In this document: one piece after another, positions 22,791 through 35,119 of the stretch
Layout of the letters: each line of letters starts with the position of its first letter
How positions within the stretch are numbered: position 1 is the stretch's first letter
Assembly (NCBI GenBank): GCA_044892525.1
Contig: CM097885.1
Coordinates: forward strand, 119,040,001-119,104,000
Length of the DNA stretch: 64,000 bases
Reading direction: 5' to 3'
From: Schmidtea polychroa
Taxonomy: Eukaryota
Position numbers and translations under genes: made by a program
Notes under the pieces: model-generated
What the model saw: only the letters and a program-made list of their open reading frames with translations
What the model was told of the DNA's origin: nothing
Database searches by the model: none

Positions 22791-23479
22791 AAATTTTTAG
22801 GAAGAATATTAGTTCAATGTTTTTGGAAAGGGCTCAATTACTATCATTACTATAGTTTTTTATTCAGGGTCTATTAGAACAATTAATGTTAATGAAAATC
22901 GACATCTTAAGGTCGGGTCGGCATGTCGACGAAATATTCATGTCAGGAACCACGTATCTTTGATCTCGTATATAAGCCGTACAACATGTTTTTAGCATAA
23001 TAAACAACTTTGGTTTTTTATAAGCTGTGTCTTATATGTGAAATTTTATGGTAAGGTATAGAACCTAATTTAATTTAAGAAAAATATTTTTCCTCTTAAA
23101 ATAACATATTGTAAATGTAAAAATGAAAATTTTTAGTGTCGAAATATCTTCAAAATTGTCATTTTTGAATATTATTAATTTTATTTCAACAATCACGAAA
23201 TTCCAATTTTATTTTGTTTTTTTATTCAAGTTTTAAGTAATATTTTGAATTATATTCATTTAAATTTCTATTTAGAATAACGTAGCTTAATATTTTATTA
23301 TTGTAATTAAATAAATATAATTGTTCTGTACACATTTCCAGTTTTTGATGCGGATGAATCAGAGTAAACTCAAAATTAACCCTTTTAATAAAATGGATAG
23401 AGACTTTAAATATGATGCTCGTCAATTAATAAAAGTAAAAACATTAACTTAAATTTAATATTCATTCTTAATATTTCAG

Positions 23480-25400
23480 GTTTTTGACAAAGAATCAAAG
23501 TCTTATGTAATTTTCCAAGTTTTATTTTGATATATAAAAATGTGATTTTAGATTTTTAATGTTGTTGACATTAAAATTAAATTATCTCAAGACCGAGTCA
23601 AATTGTATTTAATTAAGAAGTTGGAAGAAAAATTAATAATTGATCTTTGCATGAAGCATACGCTGATTAGTCGAGCAACTGATGCAGCTACTCCGAAAAT
23701 AGATTCTTGTCGATTGATTAGTGATCCAGCTGGCAATGAAGTTTTACTAAATTTTAAAAGTCCATCGATTGCCAATGAATATGAATTAAAATTCTTAGAG
23801 TAAATTAATTCGGTAGATAATATTGTGGTTTTATATTTGATTAGAAGTATGGGAATGTATAATACTACATATGCTAATATCTGTTTTGATGTAAATGTTA
23901 CAAATTTGGTAAACAAGTCATTGAAAGAATCAGCAAATGTTTCGCTATCTGGTTTGACTTTGGGTAAAGACCTAAAATCTTGGATAGAGCAAGAGTTTGT
24001 ATTTCCTGATATACACGTTGGTTTAAATCTAATTTAAAATGAAATATGACTTTGTTTTCTTGTTAAATAGATGCCATGTTATATATTAGAATTACGTGTT
24101 GGAGAAGAGTTGTTAACAATTCGAGGTAAAATATTACCAAAATAATTGAAGAAAGTCTAATTAATTTTACTTTAGATGACACTACTATACTTCAAGTTTA
24201 TGAGCATATTAATTACAGCAACACTAAAGGCCACTGCTTCCTTGGTTGTTTTTATGAAAGCATCAAACCGAACTCGACGCTTTTGATACAAATTAATTTC
24301 TATAATCACACAATTGAGTATGAAAAAGGCCAAATTCCGTATTCAATTGAAGAGAAATGGGGCGTAGGTGAAATGCCAAAATGGTTAACGGTTCGTTTTA
24401 TTGTTTCTTTCTCGGTTTCGAGGAAATTTAGAAGTCTTATTCTAATCGTTTTTTAGAGATTACTATCAGATATATACTATGATGGGCCTGATTCTAAGGG
24501 TGTTTTTCGGTTAAATGCCAAGGATAGTTCATTTTCGAAATGGTACAAACACATGCTTGATTGCGATGATTTTATCATTTCGGAAGATATCTTTAACAAA
24601 GCCGCTATTTTTAAAGTGAATTTATTTTTTAATCCATTTTGATTTAGCCGAATTTTAAATATAGTTTTTTTTGAGAAATATTGAAGGAAGTATAATGACG
24701 AAAAATACGAGAAAACAATTCAACGGTCTGTGTAAAAAATTCATGGAAATCAGTTTTGAAGAATTTTTCAAAAATTCTAAAAGGCAATCAAAATTTATCA
24801 AGTAAGTTTAATTGTTTTGTAAGTTTTAGATTGTTTTAGTGTAAAATTATTCTTCGTTTTTAGATTTATTATATATTAAAATGTTGATAAAAACCATAAT
24901 AATATTTTTATAGATTAATTCAATCTCTTCCAAAACCACATTTTTTTTTATTTCAAAACATCCTTGTTGTCCTCAGTGCTATTATAGATAGCCCAAATAC
25001 AAAAGTTGAGCCATTTGCTATTGCTCGTGCAATTGCTCCCAGTATTTTCCCTTTGGTCAGATTAAACTATTGGGGAAACTTATCGAACTTGTTGGAAGCG
25101 GCTATTTATCTGACAGACAAAATAGTTAAACCAGCAGATAGGAAACGAATTATTGAATCGTATAACAAAGTGAAAATTGAAACCAATAATTTAAAAAGTA
25201 AATTGAATTTTTGTGGTTTTATAATCAAATTTAATATTCCAGATGAAAACAGAATCAATAGTACAACATTTGGTGAAAATGATTCCATGTAAGCGATTTA
25301 TGTTATTTCTTAAATTATGTTTAGATCCTATGGTATATCTAAGAGTTCAGGGCTTCGGTTACCTTCATCTTTTATAGCACTCCGTGTAAATGGGTGATTA
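23480..25400 (+). pseudogene. Possible multi-exon gene of unknown function
   Basis: Several short open stretches bounded by TTTAG acceptors and GTAAG donors (for example an exon at about 24988-25288 ending CAT/GTAAGC); some stops; no family recognised. Confidence 0.3.
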
Positions 25401-25950
25401 TTTCTATAATCATGCATAGATTATAAAATACTAAATATTTTGATAATAATTTTAACCATTTAAGTGTATTTTGAATTAATCAATGATTTATAATAAATCA
25501 AAGAATTAATCGATTCCTAGCTATTATCGAATGTAGTAATAATACGAAATTATTAAATTATATACAGGCCTTTTTGAACGTGTAATTATCAGACACATTG
25601 ACCTGACAAGTTTATTTTAAAAAGTATGTCAGACAAATCGACCTATTATTGTTAGTTAAATGTGTCTGACGACAAAAAATTTATTTATTTATATTTACCT
25701 GTAAAACACTTGTTGTGGTGCGAGCTGTAAAGCACTGTCAGTCAAAAATTGACTGACATGGCACTGAGAGTGCTACGTTAAAAGGGAACATTTTTTGTTT
25801 AAAATGGTAATTTCTGACATTACAACAACTTTATTAAATGTCCTCTTTCCGCATAAAATGTCTTTGGAACACCTCAAAAAACTTTAAATCCTTTAATATC
25901 ATTATATTTAATTAGATTTATTACGAATCTATTTAAAGTCAATTTTTAGA

Positions 25951-26805
25951 ACTTTATCATCAATCACAGAATCCGATAGTAAACTGCAAAATACAATATC
26001 CTCCGACAAACTGTATGATTGCGAATTAGATAAAGATTCGGACCTTGAGAATTTTAGTCAAGATTCCATTTTGTCTGACAATGTGTCGTCGTCGGACATC
26101 GAGAGTGATTCATCAAACAAATCCTGTGATTATCCTAGTGAAGAAAAAATTAAAAATCTGCCCCAAACCAGTTCTGAAAAACAATTAGAAATGGATGAGA
26201 GAAATATCTGTGAAATTGAATCGAATGAAATGATTTCGAAATTCCAAAATTCCAAAAACATTTGCATGGGGTTAAAAATGAAACAAATCTATAGAAGTTG
26301 CAGTAAATTCCAAACTGATTCAGAATTCCAAATCGAAAAGGACAATTTCAAGGAAAAATTGTCACCTGTCTTGAGAAATGAAAAAAAGACTGTCGGCCAA
26401 AGACATAAATCACTAATTCAATCTGATTCGTTGGTAAAAGCATTAGATCGGGACGCTTTTGAATTCAGTGGATCAGATTTCGTTATAGTAAAAGATAACA
26501 TTAAAGAAAATTTTTCCCCAGTCTTAAGAAAAGACATAAAAAATATTGGACAGAGACACAAATCTCTTATTCAACCGGATTCATCGATGAAACCACTAGA
26601 TATCATGTCACCCAAATCAAGCAAAAATGTTAATTCTAGCAGCTCAACGCCAGTAGATTTTCCAGTCAAACGAAAATACAGTCGAAAAGCTTTGTCAGTA
26701 GTTTCTGAACTCAATAATAATAATAATGTTTGTGAGAATAACAATCACCGTAGCCGTTCTCCATATGTTAAAAAACTTATTAAATTATATGAGAATAAAA
26801 AATAA
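25951..26805 (+). CDS. Ser/Lys/Asn-rich low-complexity coding exon with an internal ~51-aa duplication
   Basis: Open from a TTTTTAG acceptor at about 25950 to TAA 26805, followed by AATAAA. KDNFKEKLSPVLR..GQRHKSLIQSDS is repeated as KDNIKENFSPVLR..GQRHKSLIQPDS. Confidence 0.45.
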   Translation, partial: TLSSITESDSKLQNTISSDKLYDCELDKDSDLENFSQDSILSDNVSSSDIESDSSNKSCDYPSEEKIKNLPQTSSEKQLEMDERNICEIESNEMISKFQNSKNICMGLKMKQIYRSCSKFQTDSEFQIEKDNFKEKLSPVLRNEKKTVGQRHKSLIQSDSLVKALDRDAFEFSGSDFVIVKDNIKENFSPVLRKDIKNIGQRHKSLIQPDSSMKPLDIMSPKSSKNVNSSSSTPVDFPVKRKYSRKALSVVSELNNNNNVCENNNHRSRSPYVKKLIKLYENKK

Positions 26806-26999
26806 TAAAGCGGAATCTTCAGATAAGCTCATTCTAGAAAATTTATTTATCAAACACAATTAATACAATTAACCGTTTAGTATTTATTTTATTACCTGTA
26901 CCTACTTTGTTTAATACTGTTCTTACATGCATTTTGTGTCTTAATGATGTTTATTGAATAAATTCTTTTTGGTAAATTTGGTGTTTAACTTTCTGAAAG

Positions 27000-28330
27000 A
27001 TGATATTTTGTTATTTCAAATATTCATTATCTCATGTGTTTAATATTGTAGATGAAAATAATAAAGATGTAGATTGTATTCGGTGTGAAGCAGGACATTG
27101 TGTAAAAGACTTAAAGGAGAGATTAGAAGAGAATGATGGGGAACAGATAATAGAGTTAAAGTTTAAAAATCGATGTTTACGTAATCATGAGTTTTTAATT
27201 GATTGTGGTTCTATATCAGGTAATAAAAATAAAGTGCAGATTGCAAAAATGACAAGTGATTATAAAAATGTAAAATCGGATCCACGGAAAATAATATAGG
27301 AGCTGAGAGAAGCTTTAGATGAGTGGGATTAAAATGAAATTAACGAAAGGTTGAAATTAGTTGAGGAAGCAGAATTTGACGACATAGGAAATTAGAAATT
27401 GTAAATGTAGTACGGCCATGTATAAAGGATCGAAGAATAAAGAGAAATTAAAATGCTTATAGCGAAAATTGGGAAAAGAGATTAGAGAGACCAGGTTGGA
27501 ATTAGAACCATTTGTAATAGCATTAGATTATGAAAAGGATGGGAAAACGGAGTATATAGAAGAAAATTGGTGTACAAAGGTTAGTAAATTACGGAAGGGA
27601 GCCGCTGAAAGAATGGGAAAGATGGAATTATTCTATTGACATTTAAAGGTGAAGAGTTAGATGACGATGAATATTTATACGATTGTGGGTTTATACCTCA
27701 AGAATTAGATGTAGACGGATATGTTCTGATACAGGATATTTAGTGAATTGTGTAGTACTAGTTAAAAATCAGATTTCAAATGCAGTATATGAGTCTGACA
27801 GGTCGAATGCTGATAAAGATGGAGATGACGTAAATGAAAGTAGAGTTGAAGGTGAAAGTGTAATAGATAATAATGACTTAGGAACAAATGAAAAAGATAA
27901 AAGTAAAATAACGGAAATACAAAAAAAATATTACAAAAAATCCTAGAACTTTGTATGAGATAAAAAAGACCCTAGTAAGGTCAAAATTAGAAGTTGATGA
28001 GACAAAAGGGTTACTAAAGAATATATCCAGTATATATCCAATGTTTGAAGTAAAAGTGGATGCAAAGAATGAATTGGGGGACAGAGAATTAAATGAAAAA
28101 GAAACTTCCTAGCGTTATGCAGAGATTTGGCGAAAATGATGAATTTTGTGATAGAGAGGTGATTAAAACTTATGCTGTTTTAGAAATAGACGCAGCTGCT
28201 CGAGTTTTAAATGAATATTTAATGAATTGGGTAACAAAGAATGGAGGTTGAGTGAAGCTGATTAAAGTGTGTACGACAAATGAAAATAATGAAATTAGTG
28301 TACCCTATAAATTGCTAAACAAGAAAGTTA
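27000..28330 (+). pseudogene. Degenerate purine-rich ORF, possibly non-LTR ORF1/gag-like
   Basis: LTFKGEELDDDEYLYDLWVY..RCRRICSDTGYLVNC resembles a decayed CCHC knuckle region; many stops. Confidence 0.25.
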
Positions 28331-28359
28331 GCCCAGAGATGAGAAAAACGATTATATTT

Positions 28360-29819
28360 CTCTGATCATGAGAAATCAAAGGGACATATGACATCTACTT
28401 TAGAATGGTTCGAGCTGGAAAATAGGCTAACAAAACGATGCACAATTGAAAAACAGAGCCAAAAATTGATAAACAGTGAAAGGCTCGTTGGCATAGTGTA
28501 TTTCAACGCCAAAGGGCCATTGTCCAATTTCTTTCTGAGCACAACATGGCTTTTCATAGTTCAATCGATAAACTACATAAGGCACACAATGGAAATCTTT
28601 TGGGTCTCGTTGAATTGCTGACAAAATTTGATCCGGTTTTGCAGGAACATATACAAAGAATACAAAATGATGAAATTCATGATCACTACTTGGGAAAGCG
28701 AATTCAAAACGAGCTCATTTCGTTGATGGTAAATAAGGTAAGGTAAATTATTGTAAGACGAGTAAAATCTGCTAAATACTTTTCAGTAATATTTGATTGC
28801 ACACCAGACTAAAGTCACCAAGAACAGATGTCAATGACAATTCGCTATGTAAGCCCAGGAGTAGGATATTCTGAAGTAATTCACGAGTACTTCATTCGTT
28901 TTCTAGAAGTAGAAGAAAGTACTGGACAACTCCTGCTTGATATCTTACTATTTGAACCGACAAGATTGGGCTTAGATGTTTCTAATATCCGCGGTCAAGG
29001 ATAAGACAACTGTGCGAACATGAAGGGTCATAGGTCAGGCGTACAGCCCCATCTTTTTTCAATAAAATCTAGAGCATTTTACCCGTTTTACCTGTCACAG
29101 CTACAACTTGCTGCTATGTGATATGGCAATAAATTGTCCTGATGCAATGACGTTTTTTGGTATAATTCAACAAATCTATGTTTTACTTTCTGCTTCAACA
29201 AAACGATGGGCTATCTTTTCCAAGTATGTTCGAAATATTTCAGTAAAACCAGTTTGTGAAACAAATTGGGAAAGCCATGTGGAAAGTGTAAAGGCAGTGC
29301 GATATCAAGCAGGCAAAATCTATGATGCACTTTTCGAAGTTGCAGACCAAAGTAGTAATCCAAAAGCTCGAAGTGAAGCATAGTAAATGTGCAACTTAAG
29401 AACTTCAATTTCATTGTTTCAATTGTCTTTTGGTATGACATATTGTTCCAGTTTAATTACATCAGCAAAGAATTACAAAAGATTTCTGTCGATCTACTAA
29501 CTGAAATTGACATCATGGAACATACTTGCAAATCTTACAGAGATGACTGTTTTGAAACAGCAATAGCAATTGCAAAAGAAATTGCCAAGAACTTAGAAGT
29601 TGGACCCATTTTTAAAGAGACCAGAGTGCGAAAAAGAAAAAAACAATTTACATATGAAGTAGAAGAAAAGTTTCACACTGATTTTTTTAACCAGATTGTT
29701 GATGTTGCAATCATGTCGATTGACAGTCGATTTGAACAACTACGAATGCATCATAACTCGTTTGGATTTTTTTATAAATTTCATCAATTACAAAAAAAGG
29801 ATCTACTGAATTGCAGTAT
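28360..29819 (+). pseudogene. hAT transposase (ZMYM1/DUF4371-type), 5' part
   Basis: HEKSKGH (TTF zinc finger), NGNLLGLVELL, YLGKRIQNELI, YFSVIFDCTPD, EQMS, RGQG*DNCANMKG, TNWESH; several stops. Confidence 0.9.
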
Positions 29820-30848
29820 TGTTGAGGTCTGTAAATTAAAAAGAAATTTAGGTTAATAAGTGAAGAGAAAAGACAAATAAAAGCGGGATCATGCACAGAA
29901 TTGATAGTAAAGGAAAATGTGATGGAAGCAGTATTAGAAAATGCCAAAGCAATTACGAAAGGCGAGAATCCGGAAATCCGAGAAAAATCAATAAAGGGAA
30001 AAATCATCGAAATCGAATGGGAAAAACGGGACAGGTATAGATTAGCTAATGGTCAACAAGATGATGGTTAGGGATTTATCAGAAAAGGGTTAGGAAGGGT
30101 CGAAAAACATTCAAACGTATGGAAACAGAAAACGTTAATTAATTAATTAATTGGCTAATGGAAAACCCGAGCTAATGGGAAACCCGAGCCAATGGAGAAC
30201 CCGAGAGATAAAGGAAACCCGAGCTGGGTAAACAAGAAGAAAGGCAAACAAAAGGAAGATTTGGGCCCATTAGCTTGACACAAAGATTAATGGGAAAAGA
30301 GTAAGGAGAAGATAGCGCGCGTAGGAAGACCGGTAGGGCCATTAATTATCTGGATTCGTTGGACCATTATGGGTGACAGCCGAAGCAAACACGTAGGAGA
30401 AAATGTCAAACGAAAGATTGGCTCGGCAATAACCATTTGTCATCCTGATTTCGAGGAGTATATAAGCAAAGGGAAAATCAGAGAAAATCGGCATTTTGCC
30501 TCAGGTAGGGTAAGAAGAATCGAGAATAGTCGAGAGGTAAAAACGAATTTAGGGAAGTAGGGAAAAGAAGAAATAGAATTAAGAATACGAAAAGGTGAAA
30601 AGGAATCAAACCAAACAGAAACCGAGGAAAACGAGAGTCAAGAGAATCGAAAGGATCGAAAGGTGAATATTATTTGTTTGCAAAGCATCAACGCCTAGCG
30701 GAGAATCGTATAAAACTTTGATTGGTAATTGTAGCGTGATAATAAATTGTGAACCTGTTGTTTCAATATACGTTGGGTTGTTCATTGTTTTGATTTAAAG
30801 AACACAGGAGTCAGAGAGAACCGACTTGAAATAATCCAAAGCCCAACA
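29820..30848 (+). repeat. 5' LTR (1029 bp)
   Basis: Nearly identical to 35120-36149; only three differences spotted by eye. Confidence 0.97.
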
Positions 30849-30855
30849 TATATTC

Positions 30856-30873
30856 TGGTGAGCCCGACGTGAT
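30856..30873 (+). promoter_or_regulatory. Primer binding site, tRNA-Trp
   Basis: TGGTGAGCCCGACGTGAT is complementary to the ...ATCACGTCGGG(G/C)TCACCA 3' end typical of animal tRNA-Trp(CCA). Confidence 0.85.
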
Positions 30874-31160
30874 CGAAAGTCGGCGGAAGGTTACTAAAGT
30901 TAGTGAAAAAGTTAATTATTGGAAAAGTACTAAAGACGTGATTGGAAGTCGGAGGAAAATTATCTAAAGTAGTGGAAAATATTTTTTTGGAAAATAATAC
31001 CGTCGTGATAGAAAGTCGGCAGAAAATTATTGCAAAAATATTTGGGAAAAGAGTACAGACGTGATCTCAGTCGGTGGAGAATAATTGGAAGTAGTTAAAA
31101 AAATGTATTGGAGAATAGTATTGACGAGATAAATATTGAAGGTCATTTTGGAAGATTGAA

Positions 31161-32624
31161 TTGATTAAAGAATTTGATTTAGGAAAAGTAAATTTAAATT
31201 ATTATTTACCGTTTGAATTTTTGCCCAAAGTGAATCGATATAACCTCAGAAGTCAGAAACAAACCCAAATGGCTAGTTGCCAAAAATTACCAGTCAACCA
31301 ATATGGAGGAGACCCTGTTGAGTTCGCTGATTTTATGGACGATTACTATATGTATGCGTCAGCATATGGATGGTCAGAAGAGATAATGGTGCAAAGATTT
31401 CCGTTATATTTGAAAGGAACAGCCAAAGAAGTCTGGAAGCAAATAAATAAGAAAATATTTGAAAATGACTGGAATAAATTAAAAGATACGTTGGAAAGTA
31501 AATTTATATGCCCTGATATTAAAAGGATGACGAAGAAAACATTTTTTCAAAGAATACAAGCATCAGATGAATCCATTAGTGAATATGGGTACACTTTGAT
31601 TTCATTGGCGAGAAAGGCTTTCTCAATAAACTCTGTTAATGATGACATTAATGTTCATAATATTATTATCGATATATTTCTGAAGGGTATCAACAATGAT
31701 TTGAAATCGATGGCTGCTATGTTACAATATGATGATGTGTTTGATTTAATAAAGAAACTTTCAAGTGTTGAAAGAATGATGGATGATTTTAACAAGCTCA
31801 AAGATTATAAGGTCCAATGTTTCAAACAAAATTTTAGAAGTAGTGATTTCCCGTATCATCCGAATGTTTGTTATGGACACTCAAATATTTCTAATGATTT
31901 GAAGACTTTTGATATTGAAATTAATTCTTCCTCGTGTAATTATGAATCTAAAGATCACAGGAGTAATTTAATAGTTAACAAATATAATCCTGTTAGTGAA
32001 TCGAAAGGTAGTGATATCTTTTCGGAAAATGATGATCAAAAAAATTTGAATATTAAAGATAAGTGTCAGCTGTATAGTTGCAGTGTAAAAGATCAAGTTA
32101 CTTACTTAAAGGGTTGTGTGAGAGAAGGCGAATGTATATTTGATGATCATACTCAATTACTTTCAGAAATATCAACGGTCGAAACATTCAATGCGAATTC
32201 ATCGATAGTTCAGACTAATGAAATATCTTATGAAAAAGTGTTGGTTTTGGAAAACATATCTCATTTGAATCTACCAAATTTCAAAAATAATTTGATGCAA
32301 AATACAAACAATAAAGATGAATACAATATGCTCAAAAAATGTGAACTAAATAATGATTCTATATTTATAAATTTGGGTATAATCTATGTCATTCTGAAAT
32401 TGATATGGATCATTTATAAAAAAATAATACAACATTATGCATTTACTGACTCAAGCATGAGGAATTATGCCTGTCTTCCATCATCTTTATATGTCACCGT
32501 AATATATTTAAATTGTGGAAATAAAATTGGATCCAACGGGGAAATAAAAAAGAAAAAAAAATATTCAACATCTAACTTGGACAATATTCATCTTACCCAC
32601 AAACATTCATTCAAACATACATAA
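31161..32624 (+). CDS. gag: Gag (retrotransposon capsid domain) with unrelated C-terminal extension; likely start ATG 31269
   Basis: YGGDPVEFADFMDDY...FPLYLKGTAKEVW...WNKLKDTLESKF...FFQRIQASDESISEYGYTLISLARKAF is a Retrotrans_gag pattern; 487 codons open. Confidence 0.85.
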   Translation: MIKEFDLGKVNLNYYLPFEFLPKVNRYNLRSQKQTQMASCQKLPVNQYGGDPVEFADFMDDYYMYASAYGWSEEIMVQRFPLYLKGTAKEVWKQINKKIFENDWNKLKDTLESKFICPDIKRMTKKTFFQRIQASDESISEYGYTLISLARKAFSINSVNDDINVHNIIIDIFLKGINNDLKSMAAMLQYDDVFDLIKKLSSVERMMDDFNKLKDYKVQCFKQNFRSSDFPYHPNVCYGHSNISNDLKTFDIEINSSSCNYESKDHRSNLIVNKYNPVSESKGSDIFSENDDQKNLNIKDKCQLYSCSVKDQVTYLKGCVREGECIFDDHTQLLSEISTVETFNANSSIVQTNEISYEKVLVLENISHLNLPNFKNNLMQNTNNKDEYNMLKKCELNNDSIFINLGIIYVILKLIWIIYKKIIQHYAFTDSSMRNYACLPSSLYVTVIYLNCGNKIGSNGEIKKKKKYSTSNLDNIHLTHKHSFKHT

Positions 32625-32959
32625 AATAAAATAACGCATGTCTCTTCAAAAAAAAAAGGAAAGCCACTTGGGGATTGCTGTTGGGCGGTTCGGGATCTAT
32701 TGGTCGCTGGTGGGGCCATCTGTGAATTGAGTTTTATCTATAAACAAGAAGTATTAAAACACACGTTTTTGTTAGTCTCACTTTGTGTCGAATTTGAAGT
32801 GGAGGCAAGAGAATTCCAATTGATTGCGACATTTGAGGACGGTGGATTCTGAACCATTTGCTTAGGCGGGGTTCGATTTGGGCGGGAGGCAGTGAATGAG
32901 AAATAATATAGATAAAATTGATTATTTTCATTACAGAATTTATCAATACAAAATTAAAA

Positions 32960-33600
32960 TAAAGAGAATAGAAAAGTTGTCCTTTGGCATTTTTAAGATA
33001 AAAATATTCAAGTTTAGATAAATAATTTGGTACATGAACAGCAATACTCTTGTCTACATCTTCATAGCAAAGTAGTCCACATTTATAATCTGATAAGATG
33101 CGTGCATCATTGACTACCTCGATGTTGGTCGATTCAAAAACGAAACCCAAATAAACATCAAATGGGAAATATTTCACAAACGGAATAGCGTGACTGATTT
33201 TGTTAAAGCTTCTCATTAACAATTATTGTTGAACCGAAAACGTACAGTGGATAAACATCATTGAAATTTTGATCTTTCGACACATACCATCTGCTCCAAT
33301 TCAATCTGTAAGGTATGGCATTGAGATTCCGATGCCCGAATATTGCTAATCTATCAAAGAAATCCAATGACAAATGATAAAGGTTTTTCAAATTGATAAA
33401 AACATCATCATCTATGAAGATAAATCTTTGCTGGCTTATTGAATTCAGACACAAATGAAGCCTCATCCAATATATTTCCGCCATTAACTTTAATGTATTA
33501 TTCAAATAAGTATCTTTGAAATTACTTGAATCATGTCGTTGCTATTTTCCAGCTCTAATTTAATAATGAAAATACTGTACATTGAAATTCCCAATTTAAT
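32960..33600 (-). pseudogene. Captured beta-1,3-galactosyltransferase (GT31, Galactosyl_T-like) fragment
   Basis: NDMIQ..FKDTYLNNTLK, FIDDDVFIN (DxD), PYRLNWSRWYVS, YPLYVFG, FDVYLG, IAVH in GT31 order; frameshifted; no introns apparent. Confidence 0.75.
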
Positions 33601-34039
33601 TAATTGTATCTTACTTTTATATTGTTTTTATTCATTTGGCTGTTAACTAAAATTTTGACTTAGTCGAATTTTTCTATAATTAGGTCATAGAACTATTATC
33701 GACAAAAAAATAATTGAATTGTGTGATCATTTGATCTCGATGGAAATGTTCTTTATTTATTCAGACAAGCTTTTAAATAGGTTTAGTCAAACAAATTAGC
33801 AACTATGGCAACAATAGAGAATTCTTATTCCAGTCCAAAAGAGATACAGAATTAAATACGACAGAGCTTTGGTGTTAGTTGTTTTGCTGGGCTGTAATCT
33901 CTAAATAAATATTTCTCAATCGATTGGCGAAGAAAAGTAACAGGATGCGTTAATGAAATGTGTCTGACTCATGGAATTTGATTCGTCAATTTTTAGTTTA
34001 AATTTTCTGCCCACAAAAATTTCTAGCACACAATTAAAT

Positions 34040-34757
34040 CTGTTTATCTCCATTTCTAGATTATTCATTGCCAATTGTTGCTATTTTTGGAATTCTTGGA
34101 CCTTTAATTAGCCAGTCTGATAAATCTGTTTATCTCCATTTCCAAATTATTCGTTGCCAATTATTGCTATTTTTGGAATTCTTGGACATGTTATCATGAT
34201 TTTGGTATATCTATTTGAACATAAAATGTCAAGATTTTCCAGTTATTGTGTTACAATCTCTAGTACTCATGTTGTGATTTTAATAATGAATTCTCTGATG
34301 GACGATGTATACGGCGTCTTCCTCCAATGCAGTTTTATTCGATTCAGTTACGAAAATTCGTCATTTATCTTTGCTTTTTTGTATCATAACGATTCTGTTG
34401 TTCAATTCACCTCATCTGGAATTTTAGTCAAACACTGCGTAGAAATGTACATTGAAAAACAATACAATTGGTAAAGTTTCAGTTCTCACAAAGTATCATT
34501 CGCCTAAGTTGTGGAGAGCGAGAATTCAAAGAGCCAAATTATTGCCGGGAGACCTACAGAAAAATAATCTTGAAATGAATCGAATTTGCGGACATTTGGC
34601 TTTATATACGGTCTTCCTATTGTTCAGGTTTCCAATGGTTGTTGCGATGTGGATGCGTCATTACAACGGTTGTAATATTTCTGCCAAAGTTTTATCTAGA
34701 TTATTTTTATCAGTTAAAGTTGTTTCATATTCTTTAGATTTCTTATTATATGTTTAA
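34040..34757 (+). pseudogene. Captured rhodopsin-like GPCR fragment (TM1-3 and TM6-7)
   Basis: PIIAIFGILGHVIMILV (TM1), TSSGILVKHCVEMY (TM3/DRY-like), VFLLFRFP (TM6), VSYSLDFLLYV (TM7). TM4-5 are missing and TM1 is tandemly duplicated. Confidence 0.6.
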
Positions 34758-35106
34758 CTAATTTTCGTTGGAGATTTATTAAATATCTCGCTGCACCACT
34801 TTTACACTGTGAGACCATAAGTAAATCGTCTTGTTTATTTAGATTCGAAATTAATGAAGCATGACAGCCGTCAAAAGGTTTGAATGTAGAAATAAAATTA
34901 TAATTTCAGTGATATCTACCCTACCCCAATCAGCATCCACGCCTTCAAACAGATATGTTCGTCAGTGCCCCGTCAAAAAAAAACCGTTTCATAGGCTTCC
35001 GATGTCAAAGTCACCACAGAAGATGAAACAAAAACTGAGTCCAGACAATAATTGTGAAGGGATAATCACATCAAAATGTGGATTTCGAGGACGAAAATTC
35101 TTTTTT

Positions 35107-35119
35107 AAGAGGGGAGATA
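35107..35119 (+). promoter_or_regulatory. Polypurine tract
   Basis: AAGAGGGGAGATA directly before the 3' LTR. Confidence 0.85.

Noticed and set aside
30369-30560. Identical 63-aa ORF here and at 35670-35861
   Set aside because: It lies in the duplicated LTRs, so identity is explained by LTR duplication; no motif.
30856-30873. tRNA-like sequence (also 9791-9808)
   Set aside because: Only the 18-nt complement of a tRNA 3' end, i.e. a PBS, not a tRNA gene.
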